Positions 17,090-27,020 of a DNA stretch of 64,000 nucleotides are shown one piece after another. Under the pieces are notes generated by a model. That model did no database searches, was not told the DNA's origin, and worked only from the letters and a program-made list of their open reading frames with translations. Position numbers and translations under genes: made by a program. The stretch covers positions 376 to 64,375 of the forward strand of contig CAYPFP010000010.1 of assembly GCA_964409935.1 (NCBI GenBank). The letters are read 5' to 3'. This DNA comes from an uncultured Planctomycetota bacterium (GTDB lineage: Bacteria > Planctomycetota > Brocadiia > JAADGH01 > CAYPFP01). Within the stretch, counting starts at the first letter, position 1. Every line of letters begins with the position of its first letter.

Positions 17090-18784
17090 ATGAAGCGCGT
17101 CGGGGTTCTGATGTGTTTGTGGCTGGCGGCGGTAGCCGCGCCGGCGGCCGAGAAAGACCGGGGGGCGGCGCTCATCAAGAACCGGCAGTGGAAGGAGGCG
17201 GAGGCGCACTACGCGGCAAGGCTGGTGGAGTTTGCCGAGGCCAAAGGGCCTAAGACCGAGGCGCAGTTGACCAACCTGGTCTTCGCCTACGACGTGGCGC
17301 GGTACTTCGGGCAGATGTCGCCGGACGATGTGGCGAGTCTGGGGGACTGGCTGCTGTCGAAGCGGGACTTCACGGCGAAGCTCCTGCAGGCCTTCAAGCC
17401 GGAGGACTCGCCGGCGCGGGCCGCCCGCGTGCTGTGGCAGCTCCGCAGGAGAGTCGGAGAGGACGACGTTTTGCGCTATGAGGGCTTGGCGATCGCGCAT
17501 GCGGTGGTTTGGGACGCCGAGAAGGGACCGTCGCACCGCTTTGAGGCCGCCGACAGCTTCGAGTATTACATCAAGAACGGGGGACGAATGGTCTTCGACG
17601 TGGCGCAGCTTCCGTGCCAGGCGGCGATCTTTTTGGCGTGCGCCGAGGCCACGCCGGCGGAACGGGTCTGGGCGCTGGGCAAGTGCATGGAGCCGCAGCA
17701 GTTGTCCCAGATCTACCATTCGCTCGAATACGACTGGGGGTACGTGGCGGGCGCCCCGAAGAAAATATCCCGGTTCGATTACACGCTGCCCAACCTGCGC
17801 AAGATCGGCGGGGTGTGCGTGGAGCGGGCCTACTACGCCGCCAACGTGGCGCGCGCGGCGGGGATTCCGGCGGTGACGGTGTACGGTCGCGGCCTCAGCG
17901 GCGTCGGGCACGTATGGACGGGTTACATTCAATCCCTGGACGCGAACCAGTATGTCTGGAATCTGGGCTGCGGGCGCTACGACGCGGAGCGCTATTACAT
18001 GGGCTCCACCCGCGACCCCCAGACGGGCAAGGGCATCTTCGATTATCAGGCGGCGATGAGAACGCGCGAGTGCCGCCTGCCGGTCGAGAAGCTCAAGGCG
18101 TCGGGCGCCTGGCTGTGTCTGGCCGAAGTCCTGGAGAAGGCCGGCAAGCCCGACCTGATGAAGGGGGCGCTGGCGCAGGCGCTCAAGAGCAATCGTTTCA
18201 ATCTGGCGGCGTGGGGACACCTGACCCGCCTGTGCCGCGCGGGCGCCCTGGGGACGGAGTACGCCGACGAGATCATCGCGGAGGCGATCAAGACGTTCCC
18301 CGACGAGGCGGAGTTCTGCTTCGGGGTGTACGCCGCGCTGCTGGAGGCGGTGCCGAAGGAGGCGTTCGCGCAGCGCTCCCGCCTCTACCGGCAGGGCGTG
18401 ACCTTCTTCAAGTTCCGGCCCGACCTGACGGTGGCCATGGCGCGCGCGTATGGGGACTACCTGCTGGAAGCCGACAAGAGGGATGAGGCGTACAAGGTGT
18501 ATCATGAGACGATCAGGACGTACATGGACGATCCCCGGCTCGTGGTGGACCTGGCCATCAAGGTCACGGACAAGCAGACCGAGAGCGACGACCTCGACAA
18601 GTCCGTGAAGCTGTTGAAGACCCTGATCGGGCGGAGCCGGAAGCCGGCGTACAGCGACCCGCTGGCCAACCATTCGGCCTGGCGCCGGCTGCAAAAATGC
18701 CTGCGAGGCGTCTTCGAGAAGGCGGGGGACACGGAAGGGGCGCAGCAAATCGAGGCGGAGTTCGCGAAGTTCAAACGCAAGTGA
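17090..18784 (+). CDS. Secreted transglutaminase-like cysteine-protease-fold protein with helical-repeat C-terminus (paralogue 1)
   Basis: I prefer ATG 17090; the track start 17075 is a GTG. Signal peptide MKRVGVLMCLWLAAVAAPAAE. Putative Cys-His-Asp core: GGVCVERAYYAANVARAAGIPA..GHVWTGY..STRDPQTG. Confidence 0.85.
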   Translation: MKRVGVLMCLWLAAVAAPAAEKDRGAALIKNRQWKEAEAHYAARLVEFAEAKGPKTEAQLTNLVFAYDVARYFGQMSPDDVASLGDWLLSKRDFTAKLLQAFKPEDSPARAARVLWQLRRRVGEDDVLRYEGLAIAHAVVWDAEKGPSHRFEAADSFEYYIKNGGRMVFDVAQLPCQAAIFLACAEATPAERVWALGKCMEPQQLSQIYHSLEYDWGYVAGAPKKISRFDYTLPNLRKIGGVCVERAYYAANVARAAGIPAVTVYGRGLSGVGHVWTGYIQSLDANQYVWNLGCGRYDAERYYMGSTRDPQTGKGIFDYQAAMRTRECRLPVEKLKASGAWLCLAEVLEKAGKPDLMKGALAQALKSNRFNLAAWGHLTRLCRAGALGTEYADEIIAEAIKTFPDEAEFCFGVYAALLEAVPKEAFAQRSRLYRQGVTFFKFRPDLTVAMARAYGDYLLEADKRDEAYKVYHETIRTYMDDPRLVVDLAIKVTDKQTESDDLDKSVKLLKTLIGRSRKPAYSDPLANHSAWRRLQKCLRGVFEKAGDTEGAQQIEAEFAKFKRK

Positions 18785-18798
18785 ACCGGAGCGGAATT

Positions 18799-19074
18799 GT
18801 GAATCGGGCAAGATGGTGGGTTTGCGCGGCGTTTGTCCTGGGGTCCGGCCTGGCTGAGGCGGCCGACGTTGACCTGCCGTTGGACGGCGCATGGCGGCCG
18901 TGGGTCGAGGCGGCGGCGAAGGAGAAGGCGGAGAAATTTGAGGGCGTTTTCAGCGCAGAAGGCGCGGACCTGCGTGCGGCGGGCAGGGGGCGGGCGATGG
19001 ATGTCATCTCCATCACGATAGGGCCGCGCGATATCGGCGTCGTCTCCCGGCTGGAGGCGGCGCAAGGCAGGTGA
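18799..19074 (+). CDS. Possible small secreted protein (91 aa)
   Basis: GTG at 18799 with GGAG 7 nt upstream: VNRARWWVCAAFVLGSGLAEAADVDLPLDGAW.. The N-terminus looks like a signal peptide and third-position G+C is high. The stop overlaps the next gene's start region. No family was recognised. Confidence 0.4.
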   Translation: MNRARWWVCAAFVLGSGLAEAADVDLPLDGAWRPWVEAAAKEKAEKFEGVFSAEGADLRAAGRGRAMDVISITIGPRDIGVVSRLEAAQGR

Positions 19075-19079
19075 GTCAT

Positions 19080-20777
19080 ATGGTCAAGGCGATCCGTGCG
19101 GCGGCGTGCGCATGGCTGCTTTCGGGCGCAACGGCGCTCGCGGCGGGCGGCGCGGCGGACGAGCCGCTTGTCAAAGAGCGGCGCTGGAAAGAGGCGCAGG
19201 ACGCCTACGCCCTGAAGCTCCTGGACTTCGCCGAGGCCAAAGGCCCGAAGGCGGACAAGGAGCTTGCACGGCTGGCCCTGGTCTACAACCTGGGCAGGTT
19301 CTTCGGGCAGATGGACGGCGAGGACGCCACGGCCCTCACCGAATGGCTCCTGGGCGAGACGAAGTTCACGGCGGCGCTGCTGGACGCCTTCGCGCCGGAG
19401 GACTCGCCGGTGCGGGCGTTTCGTGTGTTGGGGCAGCTCCGGAAGCGATTCGGCGAACGAAAACTCCTGAACTGCGCGGGCCTGGCCATCGCCTTCGCCG
19501 TGGTGTGGGACGGTGAGGAGCCGGTCTCGAAGAAGTTCGACGCCTGCGACAGCTTCGCCTATTACGTCTCGCCCGGCTCGCCGATGGCGTTCGACGTGCA
19601 GAACCTGCCCTACGAGCCGGCGCTCTTTCTGGCGTGCGCCGAGGCGGCCCCCGAAGAGCGCGCGTGGGCGTCGCAGAAGTACAAGCGCCCCAGGACCATG
19701 AGCGCGGTCTATCATGGTCCGCCCTACGACATGGAGTTCCTCTTCGGCAAACCCAAGAAGATTGACCGGCAGGAGTATACGCTGGAGAATCTCCTCAAGT
19801 ACGGCGGCGTCTGCGGCGACCGGGCCTACTTCTGCGCGAATGTCGCGCGTTCGTGGGGCATCCCGGCGGCCCGCATCTCGGGCGTGGGGGAGCGCGGCGG
19901 ACACGCCTGGACGGGCTACATCAGGCCCGGTACGCAAGGGCGTTACGTTTGGGAACTGGGCTGCGGCCGCTACGAATACGACCGCTACTACACGGGGTCC
20001 ACGCGGGACCCCCAGACCCGCAAGCGCATCAACGACTACGAGTTGAGCATGCGCACACTGGGCTGCAGCCTGAGCGAGGACAAGGTCAGAATCGCCGGCG
20101 GCTACGAGCTTCTGGCCGGCCTCCTGGAGCAGCGCAAACAGTTCCCGCTGGTCAGATGGGCCGTCGAACAGGCGCTCAGGAACAACCGCTTCAACCTCTC
20201 GGCGTGGGAGCGGGCTACCCGCTTGTGCAAAGAGGGGGTCTTCGACGCCGCCTACGCCGACCGCCTCATGGACCTGGCGCTCGAAAAGTTCCCCGACGAA
20301 CTGGACTTCTGCTACGGCGTCTTCACGGCCATGATGGCCACGGTGCCCAAGGAGCAGGCCCAACGGCAGAAGCGCCTTTTCCTTCAGGCCCGGAATTTCT
20401 TCAAGGCGCGGCCGGACCTTACCTCTTCCATCGGAGCGGCGTACGGCGACTATCTGCTGGAGACCGGCAAGAAGCGCGAGGCGTACGACGTCTACCATGA
20501 CACGATCCGCGCGCACATGAGCGATCCGCGGCTCGTGACCGACATCGCGATCAAGGTCTCGCAGAAGCGCCTCGAAGGCGACGAGCCGAAAAAGGCCGTC
20601 ACGCTCCTCGCCGCGCTCCTGCGCTATGCCGTCAAGCCCCCCTACGGCGACGCCTTTGCCAAGCACTCCGCCTGGTACCGGCTTCAGACGTGCCTCAAGG
20701 GCGTCTACGAGGAGACCGGCGACAGCAAGGCCGCCGCAACCATCGAGGCCGAACTGGCGAAATACAAGCGCAGATGA
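19080..20777 (+). CDS. Secreted transglutaminase-like protein (paralogue 2)
   Basis: Same architecture as 17090..18784 and alignable end to end (more than half the residues identical by eye). Core: GGVCGDRAYFCANVARSWGIPA..GHAWTGY..STRDPQT. Signal peptide MVKAIRAAACAWLLSGATALAAG. Confidence 0.85.
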   Translation: MVKAIRAAACAWLLSGATALAAGGAADEPLVKERRWKEAQDAYALKLLDFAEAKGPKADKELARLALVYNLGRFFGQMDGEDATALTEWLLGETKFTAALLDAFAPEDSPVRAFRVLGQLRKRFGERKLLNCAGLAIAFAVVWDGEEPVSKKFDACDSFAYYVSPGSPMAFDVQNLPYEPALFLACAEAAPEERAWASQKYKRPRTMSAVYHGPPYDMEFLFGKPKKIDRQEYTLENLLKYGGVCGDRAYFCANVARSWGIPAARISGVGERGGHAWTGYIRPGTQGRYVWELGCGRYEYDRYYTGSTRDPQTRKRINDYELSMRTLGCSLSEDKVRIAGGYELLAGLLEQRKQFPLVRWAVEQALRNNRFNLSAWERATRLCKEGVFDAAYADRLMDLALEKFPDELDFCYGVFTAMMATVPKEQAQRQKRLFLQARNFFKARPDLTSSIGAAYGDYLLETGKKREAYDVYHDTIRAHMSDPRLVTDIAIKVSQKRLEGDEPKKAVTLLAALLRYAVKPPYGDAFAKHSAWYRLQTCLKGVYEETGDSKAAATIEAELAKYKRR

Positions 20778-20791
20778 GAGAAAGGACCCCC

Positions 20792-22060
20792 ATGACCTCA
20801 AACCTGTTGGCCGGAGGACTCGTTGTCTGGCTTCTTGCGATGGCGGCCCTGTACGGCGCCGCGCCGGCTCGCGCCGACGAGCCGCCGATCCTGCGCTACA
20901 CAAGCTACGTGATCCTCGAAACGGCCGGCAAACCGGCGAGAGTCGAGTTCGAGTCGCGCCCCTACGGCGCGGCCCACGCGGACTACACGTACAAGGACCA
21001 GCCCTCTTTCGCCGTGATCGGCGCGGACGGCCAGACCTACGACGATGTGTGCGCAAGCCTGGGCGCCCGACTCGCCGTGAACGTGCCGGCGGCGGTCGGC
21101 CCCTTCGCGCTCATCGAGGCCAGGCCGGGGAACAACTACTGCCTGGCCCGGCCCGACGGCCCGTACGGGTTCGTGGCCACGGAAGCCGCCCCCCTGAACG
21201 TCGTGAACGGTTTTGAGCGGCTCTACTTCTACGTGCCCAGGGGCGCGGACGGCGGCACCTTCTTCTTTCACGCCTTCTCGGTCGGCGAAGCGGCGCGAGT
21301 CCTCATCCACGACCCCGACGGCAGGCTCGTCTATGAGAACGAGGACGACTTCAACACCCCCGGCGCCGTGTCTTTCCAGGTCCGCGAAGGGCAGGACGGC
21401 AAGGTCTGGTCGCTCTCGCTGGCGGCCCCGAAGAATCCCGCCTGGAAGCTGGATGACTGCAAGCTGTGGATGGGCGGGACTCTGCCGGGGGTTCTGTCGC
21501 CGAGGCCGGACTGGGCCGAGCGGCTGAGCCGCCCCTTCGCGGCGGAGTGGCGGCGGGTGTGGGACTTCGAGTCCGAAACCCCCGTCGCGACGACGCAATG
21601 GGATCAGGCCGGCGAAAAGGAGGCCGCGGCGCCGGCGTTCAAGCTCTCGCTGTCGGCCGAGCAGGCCCGCTCCGGAAAGCAGTCCTTGCGCATCGAGATG
21701 AAGCTTCCCGAAAAGGACGCCGGCAGGAACCAACTCAAGATCTTCTTGAAGGAGATTCCGGCCTCAGGCCTCGATCGCGTGAAGTTCTGGCTGTATGGCG
21801 ACGGGTCGGGGCGAAAGCTCGTCGTGCGCGCGCGGGATCAGGGCAACGAGCATCACTACTGCAACGTCGGCGAAGTCCTGTGGAAGGGCTGGGGCGAGGT
21901 CGTCGCCGATTTCAAGCACGGCGATGTCGTGGCGCGCGGCGGAGACGGGAACATGAAGATTGACGGGCCAAAGATCAGCCTTGTCCTCCAGATCGGCCAC
22001 GAGCCGGGGCAGCCGGCGGAGGCGGTGTACTACGTGGACGACGTGGCGGTCTCGCCGTAG
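20792..22060 (+). CDS. Secreted hypothetical protein with a C-terminal beta-sandwich (CBM-like) region
   Basis: ATG 20792 with GAGAGAAAGGA upstream. Signal peptide MTSNLLAGGLVVWLLAMAALYGAAPARA. C-terminus ..KFWLYGDGSGRKLVVRARD..AVYYVDDVAVSP. Confidence 0.8.
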   Translation: MTSNLLAGGLVVWLLAMAALYGAAPARADEPPILRYTSYVILETAGKPARVEFESRPYGAAHADYTYKDQPSFAVIGADGQTYDDVCASLGARLAVNVPAAVGPFALIEARPGNNYCLARPDGPYGFVATEAAPLNVVNGFERLYFYVPRGADGGTFFFHAFSVGEAARVLIHDPDGRLVYENEDDFNTPGAVSFQVREGQDGKVWSLSLAAPKNPAWKLDDCKLWMGGTLPGVLSPRPDWAERLSRPFAAEWRRVWDFESETPVATTQWDQAGEKEAAAPAFKLSLSAEQARSGKQSLRIEMKLPEKDAGRNQLKIFLKEIPASGLDRVKFWLYGDGSGRKLVVRARDQGNEHHYCNVGEVLWKGWGEVVADFKHGDVVARGGDGNMKIDGPKISLVLQIGHEPGQPAEAVYYVDDVAVSP

Positions 22061-22111
22061 CTGAACCGGCCTTCATCGGCGGTCGAGCCGCCGACAACCT
22101 GGAGCAAAGCC

Positions 22112-23533
22112 ATGTACGCGCTGATCTACTTCGACACCGAGGATTTCATCTCGCCGCCGGAGGCGCCGAGCCATACGCTTCCGGCGCAGCTCGCCGACGT
22201 GATGCGGCGGCACGGGTTGCAGGGCAGCTTCCACATCCACGGCGAACGCGCCCGATTCTGGGAACGCCATCGGATGCGCGACGTGATCGAGGCCATCCGG
22301 CAGCACGACGTCAGTCTGCACTACGACCGGGGGTCGGTCCATCCGACGACGGCCGAGGAGGTCTCGGAGCTGGATTGGTTCCAGGGCGTGGAGCGGACGC
22401 TCTTCCGCGAGCAGCCCGGTTTCCAGGCCCTCGAGCGCATTTTCGGCCAGTGCAGCGGTCTCACCCAGCACGGCGGCACGTTCGCCGCGCAGATCGTTTA
22501 CGCCGCCGGCAGGCTCGGCAAGCCCTTCTTCTACTCCCCCTTCCGCCTGCCGGGCCGCAACGTGGTGTGGTACTGCAACAACCTCCTCATCGGCGGCTAC
22601 CAGGCCGACTTCTACTTCGACCAATTCTATCGCGATACGCCCAAGTTCGAGGCGAACCTGGCGAAAGTGAATCCGTACCTGGACGAACGCGCCAAATCGT
22701 ACGACTTCACCGCCATGTTCGGATGCCATCCGGTGATCACGATCATGGAAAAGTTCGGCGACGCGATCAACTTCAAGAACGGCGCGACGCCCGCCCCGAA
22801 GGACTGGATCGCCCCGACGCTGGTGAAGGGCGTCTCCATCCCGCTCATCCTGAGGAACTTCGAGCGGTTGATCGAAACGCTCGCGAGACACCCCAAAGTG
22901 GAGTGGACGACGGTCGCCGGCATTGACAGGCTTTACGGGCAACGGCCCGTGAGGGTGACCGACGCCGACGTGCTGGCGGGCGCCGAAAAGGCGGCCAGAA
23001 ACGGCGGGCCGACACACACGCCGCTTCTGAGCGCGGCGGAACTGCTTTATCTCCTGGCGCGCCGCGCGTCGGCGCCGGCGCAGAGCTACGAAGTCCCCCA
23101 GGTGATGGGACCTGTTGAGGAGTCCCCGGGGAGCAACTCGCTCCCCGATTCGCCCGACATTCAGGCCATCGCGAACGAGATCGTCGGCGCGGCGCTGGCA
23201 TCGGGGTATCTGCCCTCCCGCCTGAGCGCTGCCGGCGGCGTTTCGCTTGAACTGGCGCTGTTGTTGCTGGCCTGTCATGCGCTGGGCAGGACACTGCCGC
23301 CCCCCGATGCCCGGCGACTCGACATCGAGGCCGTTCCGGGGGTCGCCGAGGCGGTCCGTAACGTGAAGCGCTACAAGGACTGGTCCATCCACGGCCCGCG
23401 CTATCACGCCGACCAGATCGTGAAGCATTTCCGCCTGCAGTGCTGGACGCTGAAACCGGCGTTTGCGGAGAAGGACTACGACCGCCGGGCGGCGTTGGGG
23501 CGCTATCACAACCCCATGTTCGAGAGGAAATGA
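22112..23533 (+). CDS. Hypothetical protein, possibly glycoside-hydrolase/deacetylase beta/alpha-barrel fold
   Basis: MYALIYFDTEDFISP.. opening and balanced composition. The antisense alternative 22073..25345 is R/G/A-rich. The function call is weak. Confidence 0.75.
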   Translation: MYALIYFDTEDFISPPEAPSHTLPAQLADVMRRHGLQGSFHIHGERARFWERHRMRDVIEAIRQHDVSLHYDRGSVHPTTAEEVSELDWFQGVERTLFREQPGFQALERIFGQCSGLTQHGGTFAAQIVYAAGRLGKPFFYSPFRLPGRNVVWYCNNLLIGGYQADFYFDQFYRDTPKFEANLAKVNPYLDERAKSYDFTAMFGCHPVITIMEKFGDAINFKNGATPAPKDWIAPTLVKGVSIPLILRNFERLIETLARHPKVEWTTVAGIDRLYGQRPVRVTDADVLAGAEKAARNGGPTHTPLLSAAELLYLLARRASAPAQSYEVPQVMGPVEESPGSNSLPDSPDIQAIANEIVGAALASGYLPSRLSAAGGVSLELALLLLACHALGRTLPPPDARRLDIEAVPGVAEAVRNVKRYKDWSIHGPRYHADQIVKHFRLQCWTLKPAFAEKDYDRRAALGRYHNPMFERK

Positions 23534-23536
23534 AAG

Positions 23537-25570
23537 ATGCGCCCGACCAATCGCCTGATCGCCGCCTTGCTGATGGTCCTCGTCTTTTCCGGAGGCCCGG
23601 TTTTCGCCACGCGCGAGCCGACCGTTCCGCCGGTCTACTACCTGATTGACTATGGGCGGAACCACCTGGACAACGCCGAGTACGTCGAATGGGTCCGGCA
23701 ACTGCCGCCCGAGCTTCTGCACTTCGGGAAGGATGTGCCGATGACGCACGTCTTCGGGCCGATTGCGGCGGTGGGCGGCGAGAACCAGGCGCACGGCAGA
23801 AACCGCGCCGACATCCGGCGACTTTCGCCCGCTGAGGTGCGCGAGCGCATCGCGAAATTGCAGAAAATGAATGCCGCTCTGCACGGCGCGGGCGCCGGGA
23901 TGGTGATGCCGTATATCTCCGCCATCACCTACGCGGGCGACCCGAAGACGCGCGAAGGGTTCTTTGCCTTCTACGACCATTGGGACGAGTACGCCGAGTT
24001 CGGCATCGGGCCGAAGCCCAAGAGCGATCCGGTCGAGTGGGCCGCCCTGAAGGCCGACGGTTCCTTTCAGACGTTCGGCAACGAACTGGCCCCGTCCTAC
24101 TACGCGGGCATGAACCGCTACGTGGCCTGCATCGAGCACCCCGACTGGCGGCGTTGGCTGGAGGAGGTGACGCGGCTGGTGGCCGTCGCCGGTTACGACG
24201 GGGCCTTCCCCGACAACTCCAGCCCCGTGCGTTGCTACGCCCCCCATTGCCAGGCGGCCTTCTCGAAGTATCTCGCCGGGAAGTTTGCCCCGGAGCGGCT
24301 CCAGGAGCTTTTCGGCGCGCGCGACGCGGCCGTGATCGCGCTGCCCAACGACAGGAATACCCTCCTGTGGGTGGAGGCGAATCGCTTCTGGCAGACAAGC
24401 CTCGCGCGGCACCTCGACGCCATGCGCGCCGGAGGGCGGCGGGCCAACCCGCGCTTTCTGTTCTTCCCCAACCTCGGCACGCCGATCCACTCGGCGGAGT
24501 ACCTGGCCGGGCACGCCGACTACATCATGTTCGAGGGGAGCGGGCAAGGTCCGGAGGGCGCCGGCTGCGTGCAGACGCCCATCATCGGCCGCGTCATGCG
24601 CCGGCAGGTCATTGACAACATCCTGGAGTACCGCTACTGCGCCGATGTGCCCGGCGATATCCGCCCGATGATCCTGGCCATCGGCAGAACCCCCGCCTCG
24701 CGCAAGCTCTGCCTGGCCGAGGCCGCCGCCTTCGGCAGCGGCGCCTACAACGGCGTTCGCCCGAACACGCGCGACGTGCAGCGGCCCTACATCGAATTCT
24801 TCCTCAAACACAAGGGCCTGTACGAGGGCAAGGTCTCGGCGTCGCGAATCGCGATGCTTTTCTTCCCGATGCTGGACCACTACCCCGGCTCGCGCCACCG
24901 CGGGGCCGCCGTCGTCATGAAGGACCGCCTCGGCGCGATGCAGGCGCCTTTCGACTGCTTTTCCGAAAACGGGCTGGAGATGTCGAAGCTCCGAACGTAT
25001 GCCCTGTGCGTCGCGCCGGAGACGAAGTACCTGTCCGAGGAGAATCTGCGCCTCCTGGGCGATTACGCAAACGCCGGCGGCAGGTTGCTTGTGGTCGGAG
25101 AGTTCGCGACGCATGACGAACTGTGCCGCCCGAGAGCGGCGCCTGCCTGGCTGCCGCAGGACAACGGTGAAAGCCGCGTCGGTAAGGGACTCGTCATCCG
25201 ATATCCGACCGCGCCGCCGCCGAGCGAGCTGCGCGACCTGCTCTCGAACGCCGGCCCGACGCGCCTGGTTGTCGAGGAGGGGAAGCGCGCGCGGCCCATG
25301 CTGCGTGTCATGATGTACGAGGGGCGCGACGAGCGGATCGTGCACCTGCTCAATTACGGCTGTCCGGTCGAGGGGACCGCCGACGTCCTGCCGGAGAAGG
25401 ACGTGCGCGTGCGGGTGCCGCTGCCGGAGGGCAGGTTCGCGGCGTCGGTCGCCGCCCTCAGCCCCGAAGGCGCGGAGTCCGCCCTGGACTTTGAGGCGCG
25501 CGAAGGAGCGTGCTGGTTTACGGTCCCCGAAGTGGCCGTTTACGTGGTGTGTCGGGTCAGCCTGCGTTGA
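23537..25570 (+). CDS. Secreted hypothetical protein (TIM-barrel glycosidase-like, tentative)
   Basis: Signal peptide MRPTNRLIAALLMVLVFSGGPVFA. The start lies 3 nt after the previous stop, with GAGAGGAAA RBS. Confidence 0.75.
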   Translation: MRPTNRLIAALLMVLVFSGGPVFATREPTVPPVYYLIDYGRNHLDNAEYVEWVRQLPPELLHFGKDVPMTHVFGPIAAVGGENQAHGRNRADIRRLSPAEVRERIAKLQKMNAALHGAGAGMVMPYISAITYAGDPKTREGFFAFYDHWDEYAEFGIGPKPKSDPVEWAALKADGSFQTFGNELAPSYYAGMNRYVACIEHPDWRRWLEEVTRLVAVAGYDGAFPDNSSPVRCYAPHCQAAFSKYLAGKFAPERLQELFGARDAAVIALPNDRNTLLWVEANRFWQTSLARHLDAMRAGGRRANPRFLFFPNLGTPIHSAEYLAGHADYIMFEGSGQGPEGAGCVQTPIIGRVMRRQVIDNILEYRYCADVPGDIRPMILAIGRTPASRKLCLAEAAAFGSGAYNGVRPNTRDVQRPYIEFFLKHKGLYEGKVSASRIAMLFFPMLDHYPGSRHRGAAVVMKDRLGAMQAPFDCFSENGLEMSKLRTYALCVAPETKYLSEENLRLLGDYANAGGRLLVVGEFATHDELCRPRAAPAWLPQDNGESRVGKGLVIRYPTAPPPSELRDLLSNAGPTRLVVEEGKRARPMLRVMMYEGRDERIVHLLNYGCPVEGTADVLPEKDVRVRVPLPEGRFAASVAALSPEGAESALDFEAREGACWFTVPEVAVYVVCRVSLR

Positions 25571-27017
25571 GGGGCGCGGTCGCTATCCAGGAGCGGAGGT
25601 CGCTTTGCAGCAGGGCGTCGGCCTCGGCGGGTCCCCAGCTTCCCGGCGCGTAGTTTGGGAATGCGGCGGCGGCCTCGCCGGAAGGTCCCGCAAGCAGCGG
25701 CGTCACGGCCTTCCACGCGGCCTCGACACAGTCGTCCCTCCAGAACAGCGTGGGGATGCCGCGCATGCAGTCCAGGAGTATCTGCTCGTAGGCATCCGGC
25801 AGCGCCACCCCGAAATCCGAGTAGCGGAAGGCCAGCCGGGCCTGGGCGATGTTGAACTCCCTCCCCGGCGTCTTCGCCGTGAACTCAAGCGCGATCCCCT
25901 CGTCGGGCTGAATCCGGATCGCGAGGATGTTGGGCCGAATCTGCCGGCACGCCTCCTCGTACGGCAGGACGCACAAGGGCGCCTGGCTGAACTGGATCAC
26001 CACCTCCGTGAGCTTCTTCGCCATGCTCTTGCCGGCGCGCACGTAGAAGGGCACCCCGCGCCAACGCCAGTTGTTCAGGAAAAGACGCAGCGCCACGTAG
26101 GTGGGCGTCGCGGAGCCGGCGTCCACGTTGGGTTCGCGGCGGTATCCTTCGTACTGTCCGAACACGAAGTCCTCCGGCAGGATGGGCGCGATGGACTTGA
26201 AGACCTCCAGCTTCTTGTTGTGCATCGAGGCCGCGTCGCCGGCCACCGGCGGCTCCATCGCGATCAGCGACAGAACCTGCAGGACGTGGTTCTGGACCAT
26301 GTCGCGCACCACGCCGGAACCCTCGTAGTAGCCGCCGCGCCCCTCCACGCCGATCGCCTCCGCCGCCGTGATCTGCACCTGGTCAATATACTTGTAATTC
26401 CATATAGGCTCGAAGATGGCGTTGGCAAACCGGAAGACCGACAGGTTCTGGATCGTGTCCTTGGCCACGTAGTGGTCCACGCGGTAGACCTGGGACTCGC
26501 CGAACAGCTCGCCCAGCAGCCGGTTCACGCGCTGCGCGCTCTGCACGTCCACCCCGAAAGGCTTCTCCATCATGATGCGCGCCCCGCCGCCGGCAGCGAC
26601 GAGGCCGGAGGCCTTCATCGAGTGCAGCACGGTTTCGGCCGCGCCGGGCGGGAGGGCCAGGTAGTGCAGGTGCTCCGCGCAGGACGCGCCGGAACCGACC
26701 TCGGCCACGCGCGACTTGAGTCGGCCGAAGGCCTCCGCATCGTCGTAGCGCCCGGCTACGTAATGCAGGCGCGAGAGGAAACGCCGCCGTGTCTCGCCCG
26801 CCACGTTCTTGCGCCGGGAAAACCGCTGGATGGCCTCGTCCACCTCGCGCTGGAACTGCGCGTCGTCTTTGGCGCTGCGGGCAAAACCCACGACGGCGAA
26901 CTTCTCGGCGAGCAGGCCGTCGCACTCAAGGTTGTACAGCGACGGTATCAGCTTTCTTACCGTGAGGTCCCCCGATGCGCCGAAGATGATCATCGTGCAC
27001 GGCGACGCCGTGGACAT
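25557..27017 (-). CDS. zwf: Glucose-6-phosphate 1-dehydrogenase
   Basis: IIFGASGDLTVRKLIPSLYNL (NADP site) and RVDHYVAKDTIQNL (the RIDHYLGKE-type active-site motif). AGGAGGG RBS. Confidence 0.93.
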   Translation of the reverse strand: MSTASPCTMIIFGASGDLTVRKLIPSLYNLECDGLLAEKFAVVGFARSAKDDAQFQREVDEAIQRFSRRKNVAGETRRRFLSRLHYVAGRYDDAEAFGRLKSRVAEVGSGASCAEHLHYLALPPGAAETVLHSMKASGLVAAGGGARIMMEKPFGVDVQSAQRVNRLLGELFGESQVYRVDHYVAKDTIQNLSVFRFANAIFEPIWNYKYIDQVQITAAEAIGVEGRGGYYEGSGVVRDMVQNHVLQVLSLIAMEPPVAGDAASMHNKKLEVFKSIAPILPEDFVFGQYEGYRREPNVDAGSATPTYVALRLFLNNWRWRGVPFYVRAGKSMAKKLTEVVIQFSQAPLCVLPYEEACRQIRPNILAIRIQPDEGIALEFTAKTPGREFNIAQARLAFRYSDFGVALPDAYEQILLDCMRGIPTLFWRDDCVEAAWKAVTPLLAGPSGEAAAAFPNYAPGSWGPAEADALLQSDLRSWIATAPLNAG

Positions 27018-27020
27018 GGT

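Noticed and set aside
16016-18892. 958-aa track ORF treated as one gene
   Set aside because: Only the last 327 codons are dehydrogenase. The upstream two-thirds is R/L/P/G-rich antisense to the transglutaminase-like gene. The real start is the ATG at 16999.
18771-21056. 761-aa minus-strand ORF
   Set aside because: Antisense to the second transglutaminase-like gene, with low-complexity R/G/A/P composition.
22073-25345. 1090-aa minus-strand ORF
   Set aside because: It spans two plus-strand genes that have signal peptides, RBSs and balanced composition. The minus frame is R/G/A/V/D-rich with no recognisable domain.
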